Of a DNA stretch of 64,000 nt, positions 49,646 to 64,000 are shown piece by piece. A program made the translations under genes and the position numbers. Positions within the stretch are counted from its first letter, which is position 1, and every line of letters starts with the position of its first letter. The stretch comes from the human T2T-CHM13v2.0 reference genome, Homo sapiens. The notes beneath the pieces are model-generated. The model saw nothing but the letters and a program-made list of their open reading frames with translations. It searched no databases and was not told the DNA's origin. Location of the stretch: the NCBI RefSeq assembly GCF_009914755.1, contig NC_060928.1. The stretch is one strand, 5' to 3'.

Positions 49646-49939
49646 AAAACCTTTTCATGTGATTGATTTCATGAGTAGTTTCTCATTTAAAATGCTAAAA
49701 TGTAAAACCTTTTCATGTGGTTGATTTCATGAGTAGTTTCTCATTTAAAATGCTAAAATGTAAAACCTTTTCATGTGATTGATTTCATGAGTAGTTTCTC
49801 ATTTAAAATGCTAAAATGTAAAACCTTTTCGTGTGGTTGATTTCATGAGTAGTTTCTCATTTAAAATGCTAAAATGTAAAACCTTTTCATGTGATTGATT
49901 TCATGAGTAGTTTCTCATTTAAAATGCTAAAATGTAAAA
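49646..49939. repeat. Minisatellite, 5 x 58 bp
   Basis: Unit aaaaccttttcatgtg(a/g)ttgatttcatgagtagtttctcatttaaaatgctaaaatgt starting at 49646, 49704, 49762, 49820, 49878. Confidence 0.98.
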
Positions 49940-50068
49940 AACATTGAGAATGGAAAAGAGTGATTCACTTTATTCTGCTTTGAAGGGATTACAACAAAAT
50001 TGTTTCAGTACCCAAGAGATGCAAATGAAAAAGAAAAAAACACTCAAATCTGAACTAATTGCTATAAC

Positions 50069-50399
50069 TGATATAGTTTGGCTCTGTGCTCTATGTCCCC
50101 ACCCAGATCTCATCTTGAATTATACTCCCATAATCCCCATGTGTTCTGATAATTGAATCACGGGGGTGGTTTCCCCCACACCGTTCTCATAGTAGTGAAT
50201 AAGTCTCAGGAGATCTGATGGTTTTATAAGGGGTTTCTGCTTTCACTTCTTTCTCATTTACTCTTGCCACTGCCGTGGAAGAAGTGCCTTTCACCTTTGC
50301 CATGATTGTCTGCAGCCATGTGGAAATGTGGGTCCATTCAACCTATTTTTATTCCTTATCTTGGGTATGTCTTTATCAGCAGCATGAAAATGGACTAAT
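50069..50399 (+). mobile_element. THE1 (THE1B-like) LTR with small internal deletions
   Basis: tgatatagtttggctctgtg..ccccacccagatctcatcttgaatt ... tctttatcagcagcatgaaaatggactaat. Confidence 0.93.
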
Positions 50400-50829
50400 T
50401 GTGCATTTTTCAGCAACTTAGTATTTTTGCATAGTTATAAGGCTCTAAATACCTGATTCTGGTAATAAGTGGCTAAACTTTTCTCAAATGGCATATATGT
50501 TCTATATGGAGAATCATACCTCCTGTGCAGTTGTTTGCCATGGTTATCCTTTAACAGTATTGTAAATCTATTACATACTTCTTATTAGTCACTGAAGTTC
50601 TAAGCATGGAAGTACTATTTTTTCATGAATGCAATTAATATTTTACAGAAACAGAAAAAAAAGAGTAATCATAACAAATTCTCTTAATGTTTCCAAAACG
50701 TCCAATAGAACTTCTCATTCAAACTAGAAGGCAGTTGAGGCAGATGGCCAATAAATGTGTTCTATCTGATAGTTCTCTAAAAGTTTAGCTCTGAATTGAA
50801 AGTTTGCTATCAGAGTAGATAGCTTTTTT

Positions 50830-51095
50830 CCTTGCACACTATTGGTGGGAATGTAAATTAGTACAGCCATTATGGAAAACTGTATAGAGTTTCCTCAAAA
50901 AAACCCTAAAACTAGAATTACCTTATGATCCAGCAATTCACTTCTGCATTCATATAATTTTACTTAAAATCACTATGTCAGAGACGTCTGCTCTTGCTTG
51001 TTCATCACAGCACTATTCACAGTAGCCAAGTTACGGAATTGACCTACGTGCCCATCAACAGATGAATGGATAAAGAAGATGTGGCATGTATTCAT
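50830..51095 (+). mobile_element. L1M ORF2 C-terminal fragment
   Basis: ttggtgggaatgtaaattagtacagccattatggaaaac...gaattaccttatgatccagcaattc...gatgaatggataaagaa. Confidence 0.85.
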
Positions 51096-54000
51096 ATTAC
51101 TCAGTAGCTTAGAAACAACTTTTTTTTTCCTAAGGGAGAGGTTCCTACAAACTTAATGAGTGTTAATCTGCCAGTAACAATATTTCATTATTGAATTTAA
51201 TTTTATACCTTCTTCAATGCATGTTTTGATTTTTTAATTGTCTGCTTACTTAAATGTGCAACGTCAAGACACTCATAGGAGCATGGTATTATATGCATTA
51301 AAAGCCTAAATGCTCTTCTATACTTTTGTTGAGGGCTACTAAATCTTTAGGTTAACTGATCTCCAGTTTAGGGGATTCTATAGCTGTTTTCTCAATAGTT
51401 TTAAGTGGTACTTCCAAGGATTAAGTGACATTTCTTTGGAGTCAGTAATTTGCATTCGAGATAACTTGACTGCATTTCAGTTATACTGCACTGCTCATTC
51501 ACATGATTCATATCAATGAGGCAGTAGTGCGGTGAAGGTGAAGATCAGCAGCCAGGTGGAATCTTCACTTGAAATAGAACTTAGCCTGCTTAGGATGTGC
51601 ATTAAGGCTTGGTCACAGCCTGATGAACAAAGAGCAGGACAAGGTCATGATTAAACAAATTGAAGCCTTTGTCTTTCTTAACATGATTCATTAGTGGTTT
51701 GCTTAGTGTTGCGTTCATTTTTTAGGACTTATACTCAGGATATTGTATTAATTACCTAAGTGGAATCTAACCACAATGTTAGGTCTGTTTTTGAGCTTTG
51801 ATATTTAATACAGATTAAATGCTAATTATTATGATTGCTATCTTCCTCAAAATGTTTAAATTGTGGGGTCTGGACCATTAATACCTGCTAAATGAATGAA
51901 AATATTTTTTTCCCAAATAGTACAAAAATTTGATTTTGTTGAATAGTGAAAAATAACATATAGTAAAATATAAAATATAAAAATTATATCTTAAAATATG
52001 AATCTTCCACGCTACTAAAATGAAAATTTTAGGCTTATAAAATTTCAGAGCGTGGTATAAGGTTTTAAATTTGATAAATACACACAAACTATTACATGGC
52101 TCTAATTATCTTAAGGGAGCACCCACAGGGCCAAAGAATCTGGACAAAGGACCAGGACAGTCTCTCAGGCTCCCAACCTGGAAGGACCACATGCTTGGGG
52201 ATTAATGCTCTGCAATCAAGTAAGTGAAGTCTGATGGTACAATAAGCACTAATCCAGGGCTTGAGAGAATTGGGCAAGACTGCCATGGCCTGTCTGTCCT
52301 CTGGACTGGACAATTTGGGCCTGGAGGCTGGAGGGAGGAGGACCTGGCAGCTGCCCAAGGGAAACAATGCTAAGTAGCAAATCTTTAAAAACGTCGTTAC
52401 AGAGAGAGATCATGGAAGAAAGGAAAAAGTCGTATTTCTTATTACATTTAGCAGGACATCGTCCCTGCTTTCTGAATAAGAGGACCACATTTTCCGTTTG
52501 CATTAGACCTGGAAAATTAAGTAGCCAATCCTAAGTAACCAACAGCATTTGACCACAGTTTTAAAAAATCTAAGAAGAAATTGTTTTTCAAAGTGCCAGC
52601 TATTGATTTACTGGGCGTCATTCTCATAATCCTAAAAACATTAATCTGTACCATGCACATTTGCTTAACATATTCACATATTTGTGATGGGGATAGGAGA
52701 GTCATCTAAGAGGGGAATTAGAGAAAGAAAAAGTCAGTTCTATACTCATTTGCTGAGTGAGGAACTAAAATAAAATAGCGATGCTAGCCACCGCATGCTT
52801 TCAATTAAACAACAGTAAACATACAAAGTACATTATTTCATTCATTTAAAAATAAGAATCTGCTCATCATCCGATAGAATCTTTATCAGATCAACCAGAT
52901 CCTTAAATGATGTGAACATTATGATCTCACAATACTAATTCAGGAATAAGCTGTCTCAGTATTTCCCATAGAATGTTTCTTGGTATGTTAAATGTTTTAT
53001 TATAATTTGATTTTCTATTACATTTGAATAATACTGACAAGACGCCCTATTTGATGGCTATTTTCTCCTCTGTTCCTGACTTGAGACTCCTTGGCAGGCA
53101 TGCTTGAGATTTATAGGTGAGATTCTCACTATCTGATGAACTCTTCCACTGGAGTGATATCTAAGGAATATAAAAAAGCATCCTCTACAAAACAAATGCA
53201 AACATTAGTCTCCTCATCTAACACCGTTAAATAAAGAGGTGTAGCATTTGCTATGGATAAGTCTTTTAATTGTATTGCATGTTTTAAAATTGCAGCTGAA
53301 TATAATATAATTTTAGTAGCTCATTTCTCCTGAGGCATCAACATCATTTATCACTCCTGCTGCCATCTGGCGTGTCTGAACCATCATGATCAGCAGTTTA
53401 TGTGGAAATTAAAACATTCAGTGGGTCGCTCTTCAATAATGCTCTGAGGTCAGGGACAATATTGCTAGCAGCAGTGAAGATGCATTTTTATTGCACACTT
53501 GAGAGGCATCCGTTTGACGTACTTTATAGCTTTCTAGGTTAAGACTAGCCAAGTTTCCCTTATTTGCACCGACCTGACATGGGGGTCATTCCATATAATA
53601 ACTATCTAAGGATCATTCAGAGTAATTCCCCCTTGCTATCGTGCTTATGCAGCTACATTCAGATAAAAGCACAGCAGCAGTAATAAAAGTCCCATTCTCT
53701 CTCTCTCTGATTGCTTGTTTGTTTTCTCTGTTAAAGAATTCAGAAACAGCAAGAAAATACCAACCACAGGACTAATTAACATAGTAGTCCTCTAAACAAA
53801 CATATCTTTGCAATATTATTTGGTGATATTGTCAAAGATAACTTGTTTGAATTTAAATTGAATTCCCGTGATTGAGAATGTGAAGGACATATTTTAGTCC
53901 ATAAGCTAAGTTCCACAATTATTGAGCTTCTCAGAATGGTGAGTTACTTAGGTCAAATGGACTAAATGCCCAAGTAATGTAAATGCCTAATCTTTTAAAG

Positions 54001-54966
54001 TGTTGCACTACAGAAATATCCCAATCTAGAAGAAACTGTTTCTTTGCCATCAGGAAGATTATGACTTAACATTTTTTAAACGATAAAAAAATACAGTAAT
54101 GTCATTCCTTCCCCAGAAAATGAATGTTTGCCGAAGTGAAAGGAAAACGTGCAAATTTCTTCTCTTGGTTATTCACTCAGTCTTCTGGTTTTTATTTTAT
54201 CTGCCCAACATCACTACACAACATACACACTTGTACATACACACACACACACACACACAGAACACCAGTCCCGTTCATGAATACAGTCAGCAGACATTAA
54301 AACAGAGATGTTACCATAGAAAATATGGAACCTCCATGGAAACAATACCCACATGTGCTCTGTATTTAAGAACCAGTACTTTTGACAGTACTGAGTTTGT
54401 TGTGGTATATTTCAACGTCAGGAAAACTTCAGAGAGGAAGTAAGTCTCTATAAAAAATGATGGAAAAGGAGAGATTTGTATCCATTATATATGTACTCAT
54501 ACTCATCCTAAAAAAACTAATAATTCACAAAGATTCTCTCTTATATTTCCTTAAACTTTTATACATTTTATGTTTAGATCTATAGTCTTCACAATTTAAC
54601 TTTCGTACAAGGTTTGAGGTTTAGTTTAAAGGTTTTTGAGTATTTAGCTTTGGAAGGGTTTTTAAAATTTTCCTCCTAATGCTCAAATGTTCCAACATGA
54701 TTTGTTGAAAAGGCCCTACCTCCTCCATTGAATTAATTTTATGGTTTTGTAATTCTGTCAAAAGTCATTTGGCCCTACTAGTGTGACTCTCTTTCAGAAT
54801 AGAATATAAGAATTTCTGTTCTGTTCCATTGATCTCTGTATCGATCCTCCACCAAAATCAGTCACACAGCTTTTAATATTGTACCTTTACAGTAAGTCCT
54901 AAAATAAGATTAGTGTGACTTTTTCAGCTTTATTCTTCTTTTTCAAAATTGTTTTGACAATTTTAG

Positions 54967-55386
<420 letters not shown>

Positions 55387-57450
55387 TAGATAAATTTGGG
55401 GAGCATTAATACTTTTACTATGCGGATTTTCCAATCCATGAATTTGATATACCTCCATTTATTTAGGTCTTTTTAAAATTATAACATTACCATAGTTTTT
55501 AGTATACTGATCCTGTACATGTTTACAGATTAGTATTTAAGTATTTTAAATTTTTGGACCAATTATTAATGGTATTGTGTACTTTATTTTTACTTTCTGT
55601 TTTTTATTGCCATAATAGAGAATTTTGATTGAATTTCATATATTGATCTTGTATCTGTAATGTTGTTAAATTCATTAATTAGCTCTAGAAGATACTTTTT
55701 CTTATGTAAATTCTGCTGGATTTTCTACATGGACAATCAAATTATCTACACATTGGGACAGGGTCGTTTTCTCTTTTCCAATCTGTATGTCTTTCATTTC
55801 CTCTTTTTGCCTTACTGAACTGGCTAGGGTTACCATCACTGTGCTGAATAGAAGAAGTCAAAGCAGACATTCTTTCCTTGTTTCCAGTTTTAGGGGTAAA
55901 GCATACAATCTTACACCATAAAGAATGATGTTATCTGTGTTTTTTTTGTAGATGTTGAGGATAAAGTTGAAAATACTACCTTCTGTTGTTTGTTGAGAAT
56001 TTTTATCAGGAGCGACGTAGAGTTTTTCCAAATATTTCTTCTATATTAATTGTAATGATCATTTTTTCCTTCTTTAGACTATTATTGAGGTGAATTATAT
56101 TAATTTACTTTTTAATCTGGAACAAGTTTTGCATTCTCTGAATAAACCACACTTAGTCCCAATGTATTTTGTATATAATGCAATGTCGATTTTCTAATAT
56201 TTTTTTGAAATTTTTTGAAGGTATCATTATGAAGGATATCGTCAGTGTTTTTCTTTTTTCTTTCTTCTTTCATTTTTTTTTGTACTGCCTTCGTCTAGTT
56301 TTGTTATAAGAGTAAAAATGGCTTTATAAAATGAGTTGGAAAGGGTACTACTCCCTTTTTTTATCTTCTGGAAGAAATTTGTTAGAAGTGATACTAATTA
56401 TTTTGTAATATTTGGTAACATTCACCAGTAAAACTATTTGACACTGGAGACTATAGAGGAACTTTTAATTACTAACTTAATTTTGTTAATAAATCTAAGA
56501 CTATTCCACTTATCTGTTTTATCGTGGATGAATTATAGTAGTTTATCGTTTTCAAAGAACTGCTTAATTTCAGTTATATCATCTGATTTTTATTTGAAAA
56601 TGTGATTTGTAGTATTCCCTTGTTATACTTTTAGTGCTTGTATGATCTATAGTGATATCTCCTTTTTCATTCTTGATATTGGTCATTTTTTTACTCTCTT
56701 TTTTTTATTTGTAAGTATAAATTTTTATAGATTTCTCAGAGAATCAGCTTTTAGTTTGACTGATTTTTTTCATTGATTTTTCTGTCTTCATTTCATTAAT
56801 GACTGTCATGATTTTTATTATCTTTTTTATTACATTTACTTTGATGTATTTTGTTAGTTTTCTAGTTTATTGTGGTGGAAGCTTAGAGTATTGAGTTGAG
56901 ACCTTGTTCCTTTCTAACTTAAGTATTTAGCGCAATAAATTTTTCCTCTAGTGCTCACTTTCACTTAGTCCCATAGATCTTGATATGTTGTACTTTCATT
57001 ATCATTCAGTTCAATAAATACATGTTTTACTACTCTAGAGACTCCCTGTTTGACCCAAAAATATTTAAACATTTATTAATATCCAGGATGTCAGAGATTT
57101 TTTTTATTACCTTTTTGTTATTTCCTTTCAGTTTCAACTCTTTATGATTAGAGAACATATTGGTATTGTTTTAATTATTTAAAATAGTTGAAGTTTATTT
57201 TATGACTCATAGTATGGTCTATCTTGATAAATGTCTCCTGCAGTTATGAAGAGAATATTTATTGTCTTGTTCTTCAGCAGAGTGTTTTATAAATATTTAG
57301 AATCCATTGGTTGATGATGTTTTTCAGTTTTTTTATATTTGTGTTGAATTTTTGCCTAGTGGCTTTACCAATTACTGAATAAATGGTGTGGAAGTTCCTA
57401 ACCAAAATTATACATTTGTCTATTTATTCTTTCAGGTCTATCAGTTGTGA

Positions 57451-57765
<315 letters not shown>

Positions 57766-59034
57766 TGCTTCATTTATTTTAGAGTGGTATGGTTTGGTGC
57801 ATATTAAAGATTGTTATATCTTCTTGGTGAATTGACTCTCTTATCAATATGTAACCTCTTTTTTCACCCCGATGCTTCTTTTGCTCTGAAGTGTACTTTA
57901 TCTGATGTCAATATTGCCATTCCAACTTTTTTTCTTAGCGTTTGTATAGTATATAATTTTTCATAGCCTTTAACCTTTAAATCTGAAGTAAAGTTATTTT
58001 GGCCATCATAAAGTTGTCATCATTTTTATTCTCTTCTGCCAATCTTTGTCTTTTTTATTGATGGGCTTAGGCTTTTTACAACCAACATAATAATTGATAT
58101 AATTTGTCTGCCATTTTATTATTTGCTTCCTGTGTCTTCCCCCTTTTTTTCTTCTTATTTCTCCTTTCTTGTCTTTCTGTGAGTTACATGAATGTGTTTT
58201 ATTCATGTTAAACAGTAGTTTAGTACTGAGTATCGTTTTTTATATTTTTAAAATGGTTATTCTAGGGATTGCATATGCATGCATAGTTTATGTCAATTCA
58301 CTAGCATCAATGTTTTATCATTTTAAGTAAAATGTAACCATTATTTAGCTCCCCATACTGGTCCAGTCTGAAAAGATCAGATTACTGAAGGAAAGAAGGA
58401 AAGACAAGACTTAGCTCAGAGGCACCCCAGAGATAGTTGACCCCGTCTATTTAGGGGGGGTTGGGATGAAAGTTAGGTTCTGCCAATGGCCTCTGCTGCT
58501 GTAGCACATGCTAGAGTGGAGACAGAGCATGGCTATTTTCATGGTGTTGCCTGGAGCAGATGTAGCTAAAGGTTTTCTACCCAACTGGCCTACCAATTTT
58601 GTTCTCCTTTGGCTAGAGAAAGCAGTCTTTTTGTGGGATTATTTCTTTTATCTACTAACATTTATAAGTTGTGGCCTTTTCTAACACTCAGGTCAAAATA
58701 CATATGAGGCAAGAAAAAAATTAGAGAATTCACTACCAGGTTAACCAAGGTCCCTAGTCAATCTGCCTTATTTTCTTCACTTTTCAGAGCTCTCTGGTGG
58801 GTAACTTATGTGTCTTATCCTAAAAGTTTTGTTGGGATTAGCAGAAGGAATAAAATGGAATGCACCACATTTTGTCTGGAACTGAAATTTCATGCTTTGA
58901 TCATAATCTTCAAGTATTATTTCAAAATTGCAAGAAAATTAATATGGTAGTTTAAAATGGATAGACAGTTGATATTAGGTTAAACAGAGGTAAAATATGG
59001 GCTACTCAGCATTCAGGCTTTTGAGGGACTAGTC

Positions 59035-62000
59035 TCTTCAAGACGGCAGATAGGAGGCAGTGTTATACCTCTCCCACTTGGAAGGACAGAATAGTGGGCA
59101 GAGATTCACACTGTGAATATATTTTTCCCAAGAACCATCACAGGAACTTACCAGAAAAACTGAAAGAACCCACAGACCCTTTGAAAGAAGTAGCAGGCTA
59201 CAGTCTACTTCTTAAGATAGGCAAAAAACTATAAGTTTCCAGAGTGTGAAGGGGTAAACCTGCCTCTGAGCACACATTCCCCACTGGGAAATATGAAAAT
59301 CCAGACCATGGGAGAAGAACTCAATCCTACCCAAAGCTGGAACTGATTTAGGGAGTGGCAGGAAATATAAAAGTAGAAGCAGCAGCATGAAGTGCCTTGT
59401 AGGCATTCCCAGTCTCCAGTGCAAGACCAGGGAAGCCATTCCTGATTCTGTCTCACAGGAGTCCTTGCAGAAGGCAGCCAGTGAACTCAGGGAGAAGTTG
59501 CAGAGTGAAAGAAGCTTCCAGCTGAATTTTGTGATATAATTTCGAGTGGGGACAAATTTTCTTTAATAGAACCGTGGGGTAAGCAGGAAGTACTGCAGAT
59601 ATGCACACAGGAGCCAGGCACCTGGCCTTATGAGCAAATGGGAAGGTATATGATTTGAAAACCATGCTTGCTATTTGCATGGAACCCTGAGGAAGGTCTG
59701 ATTCCTGTCTGCTGGCTGCCTGGATCTACACCTGGCACTTTTAGCTGAGCACTGAAGGAACAAGATCAGCCTTGCCAACTGCATGGGAGCCAGGTGAGGC
59801 TTACTGCTGCCGGCTACTCTTCAATCCCTTTGTGAACTCTTGTGCACAGCAGAGACAGTTATACTGCCTCTGCAACATTACCCCAGTGGCGTGAGAACCA
59901 GCCCTTATCTCCCACAGTGGCCTCCCACATCAGACCCTGCCCAAGGAGAGTCTGAGCTGAGATCCGCAAAACTCTGTCCCTACCTGGTGGTATTTCTCCA
60001 CCCACCCTGGTAGCTTAACACAAAGGACATAAGCTTTTAGGCGATTTATGGCCCCACCCATCACCTGAGAAACCAGAATACTTCCCATGGGCACCTTATG
60101 GCAAGCTCATATCCCACTGCTACTACTGCAGCTGGTGCTCTTGCAAACACCACATCCTGGCTGGAAACCAACCAACTCAGGCCATTACAGCACCTCTCCA
60201 TGGAATAACACTGCTCCTAGGAAGGAGAGAACAGCTGTGGTATCTTAGCTAATACCACTGCCTGCAACATCCTGGCTAGCCAGAGGTCCTGAATCTGTTC
60301 AGGTGACAAATTCACTACTAGTATAACCAGCATTCAAGAAAGCCAGCATACTAAGCCTATCTACAACCAAGAACTCTCACAGAATCTACATTACTCCCCT
60401 GCCACTTCCATCAGAGCAGGTGCCGGTAGCCACTGATGGGAGACTTGAAAACGGTCACATCACTGGATCCCTTGCAGACATTCCCGAGCAACAGCCTGGA
60501 GTTTGGTAGACCCATTGGATGGCTAGACCCAGAAGAGCAATAATAATCACTGCAGTTGTCTCTCAGGAAGTCCCGTTCCTAGGAGAAAGGGGAGAGCACC
60601 ACATTCAGGGAACACCCTGTGAGACAAAAGAATCTGAATGACAGGCTTTGAGTCCCAGATCTTTCCACTGGTGAGATGTTTCTTACAGCAGAAGCACAAT
60701 CACAGTGCACCTCTACCCCAATAGGAAGGCAACCTCTGGGATCGTGAAGAGCCTTGGAGCAGGAGTCCTTGTTCCCCCCGGTACACCACTGCAGACATAC
60801 CTGGGGTTTCTCCCAGCTCTCCCAGTCTCTGCTATCTTCAAGAGGTACACCTCACAAGTAAGGACTTACATAAACTTAAGGTAAAGAGGTGAAAAAAGAT
60901 ATTCCATGCAAATGGACTGAAAGTGAGCAGGAGTAGTTACTCTTATATCAGATAAAACAGACTTGAAAGCAACAACAGTAAAAGAGGCAAAGAAGAACAT
61001 TATATAATGGTAAAAGGGTTAGTCCAACAGGAAAATATCACAATCCTAAAATATAAGCACCTAACACTGGAGCTCCCAAATATATAAAACAATTACTACT
61101 AGACCTAAGAAATGAGATAGACGACAACACAATCATAATAGGGGACTTCAATATCCATTAACAGCACTAGACAGGCCATCAAGTCAGAATGTCAACAAAG
61201 AAGCAATGGACTTAAACTATATCCTAGAACAAATGCACTTAACAGATATTTGCAGAACATTCTTCCCCAAAACTGCAGAACATAAATTCTTCTCACCAGC
61301 ACATGGAAGATTCTCCAAGGTAGACCATATGATAGGCTATAAAAAAAGTCTCAATAAATTTAAGAAACTAGAAATCATATCAAGTATCCTCTCAGACCAC
61401 AGTGGAATATATATGAAAATCAGCGACAAAGGAACCTTCAAAAGTACACAAATACATAGAAATTAAATAATCTGCCTTTGAATGACCTTTAGGTTAACAA
61501 TAAAATCAAAATGGAAATTAAAAAATATTATTTGAACTGAATGATAATAGTGACATCACTTATCAAAACCTCTTGGATACAGCAAAAGAAGCGCTAAGAG
61601 GAAATTTCATAATGTTAAATGCCTACATCAAAAAGTCTAAAACAGCACAAAGAGACAACCTAATATCATACCTCAAGGAACTAGAGAAACAAGAACAAAC
61701 AATCCAAACCCAGAAGAAAAGAAGTAACAAAAATCAGAACAGAACTAAATGAAATTGAAACAACAGCAACAACAACAAAATATATATAAAAGATAAATAA
61801 AAGAAAAAGCTAGTTCTTTGAAAAGATTAACAAAATTGATGGATCATTAGTGAAATTAACCAAGAAAGGAAGAGTGTAGATACAAATAAGCTCAATTAGA
61901 AATAAATCTGGAGACATTACAAGCAATACCACAGAAATACAAAAGATAATTCAAGGCTACTATGAACATCTTCACATGCACAAACTAGAAAATGTAGAGG

Positions 62001-63260
62001 AAATGGAAAAATTCCTGGAAATATACAACCCTCCTAGATTAAATCTGACAAAAAATAGAAATTCTGAACAGTCCAGTAAAATGTAACAAGATTGAAAGAG
62101 CAATTAAACAATTGCCAACAAAAAAGTCCATTACCAGATGGACTCACAACCGAATTATATCAGACATTCAAAGAAGAATTGGTACCAGTTTTACTGAAAC
62201 TATTAAAAAAGATAGATAAAGAGGTAATCTTCCCTAAATTCCTCCCTATATGAAGTCAGTATCACCCTAATACCAAAAGAAGGAAAGGACATAACAGCAA
62301 CAACAACAACAAAAACTACAGAGTAATATCCCTGATGAACATAGATGCAAAAATCCTCAACAAAATACTGGCTAACTGAATCCAACAGCATTATGATCAA
62401 GTTGGTTTCATACCAGGGATGCAGAAATGGCTTAACATAGGCAAGTCAATAAATGTGATACATCCCATAAACAGAATTAAAAAAAAATCATATGATCATC
62501 TCAACAGGTGCAGAAAAAGCACTGGATAAAATTCTAGTACTCCTTTATGATAAAAGCCCTCAACAAAACAGGAATAGTGGAACTTACCTCAAAATAATAA
62601 ATGCCATATATGGTAAATCCCACAGCCAACATCATACTAAATGGGGAAAAGTTGAAAGCTTTATCATTTTAAGTAAAATGTAACCATTATTTAGCTCCCT
62701 GAGAACTAGAAAAAGACAAGGATGCCATTTTCATCACTTCTATTCAATATACTACTGGAAGACCTGGCCAGAGCAAACAGACAAGAGAAAAAACAAAGAG
62801 CATCCAAACTGGAAAAAGAGGAAGTCAAACTGTCACTATTCACTGATGATATGAACTTATACCTAGAAAACCCTAAAGACTCATCCCAAAAGCTCCTATA
62901 TCAGATAAACAAATTCAGTAAAGTCTCAGGATACAAAATCAATGTACACAAATCAGTAGCACTGCTATATACCAACAATGACCAAGTTGAGAATAAAATC
63001 AAGAACTGAGTCTCTTCTATAACAACTGAAAAAAAAATACTTAGGAATATACTTAACCAAGGAGGTGAAAGATCTCTAAAAGAAAAACTACAAAATACCA
63101 CTGAAAAAAAATCATAAATGACAGAAATGAATGGAAACACATCCTATGCCCATGAATGGGTAGAAACAATGTTGAGAAAATGACCATACTGCCAGAAGCA
63201 ATCTACAGATTGAATACAATTCCTATCAAAATACTAACATCATTCTTCAAAGAACTAGGA
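59035..63260 (+). mobile_element. L1PB-like element: long 5' UTR joined to ORF2 (ORF1 absent), 3'-truncated
   Basis: caagacggcagataggaggcag 5' end; ORF2 frames [60 protein letters not shown]; no 3' UTR or poly(A). Confidence 0.9.
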
Positions 63261-64000
63261 ATGATGTCAGAGTACGTGTAGCAGTAAGTTTTTGAAAACC
63301 ACTAAATTAACAGTGAGCACCTTTTAGATGATCAAGGCTTGAGAAAGAATAATTGAACTTTTGAGCTTAAGCCTCTTAGGTGGATTGTGCAATACCAGTA
63401 GAAGTACCAATTGAGCAGACTGCTATCTGGGTGGCCTCTCAGAAGCCTGAACTCAGACTGGCATGACTGATACCTAGGGTGGAAATGATTGGAAAGAGAT
63501 TAAGGATCCCTACAACTTAAGTGCTTGAATACCCAAAAGACAAAGCTAGAGAAGCTGAATGTTCTAGGTCCAAACATCAAACCAGGAAACGTCACTAGAA
63601 ATAATTCAGAAGCAGGACAAATGTAGAAATAAATTCTGAGGCAGAGAGGAAGGGAATAAAAAGAAGGGGCACCAAAGGGGAAGTCGGCACATCTACCACA
63701 CAGAGAACCTTACAATTGCCTGTGGGTTATTTGGTATATGGATAAATTGGTTTACTTCAGATGCTTAAAGTCATGATATAATTTGTGCAGTTTTGATAAA
63801 ACAGTATTACAAGGAAAGCACAGCCTTCCAAGATAGGCTTTGGTTGATTATTTTACATGGAAGAAAATCCAGAAAAATCCCTATTCAAAGTTAAAATGCA
63901 CATATAGATGTACATACACTCTGAAAATAAATATTATAAATTTTAAAAACAGATAATATGTTTTTGCTCTTCTAAGTGAGTGCATGTTTCTTTAAAAAAC

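Noticed and set aside
49646-49939. CRISPR-like appearance of the regular repeat
   Set aside because: Units are head-to-tail with no unique spacers, in a primate genome; it is a minisatellite.
54099-54443. 114-aa ATG-started ORF
   Set aside because: Runs through a (CA)n microsatellite (HTHTHT); no homology recognised.
61206-63009. L1 ORF2 reading frames
   Set aside because: Broken by stops and frameshifts, no ORF1, 3'-truncated; not an active element.

Overview
This is AT-rich primate genomic DNA, probably ape/human (Alu, THE1, MER41 and a young L1PA 3' end). It looks intergenic or deep-intronic. I see no host protein-coding exon or RNA gene; most ORF-track entries fall in Alu, L1 or ERV sequence and the rest show no recognisable homology. 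The window is mostly layered transposon fossils. The main structure is a ~19 kb nest of three proviruses (19202-38266). The outer one is a class III MER70/HERV-S-like provirus with decayed pro-pol, a probable gag and an env remnant. Its 3' LTR is split by a MER67-like ERV1, which is itself split by an LTR27/MER52-group ERV1. All three have recognisable target-site duplications (TSDs). Other notable signals: a 68-bp inverted micro-L1, a perfect 40-bp segment copied between two old L1s 4.3 kb apart, templated inverted duplications at an LTR9 junction, a 5x58-bp minisatellite with alternating variants, a MER41B LTR retaining tandem GAS sites, and an L1 chimera with the RT core deleted in frame. 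Subfamily names are recalled from consensus sequences and need RepeatMasker/Dfam confirmation. I cannot support a new gene system here.
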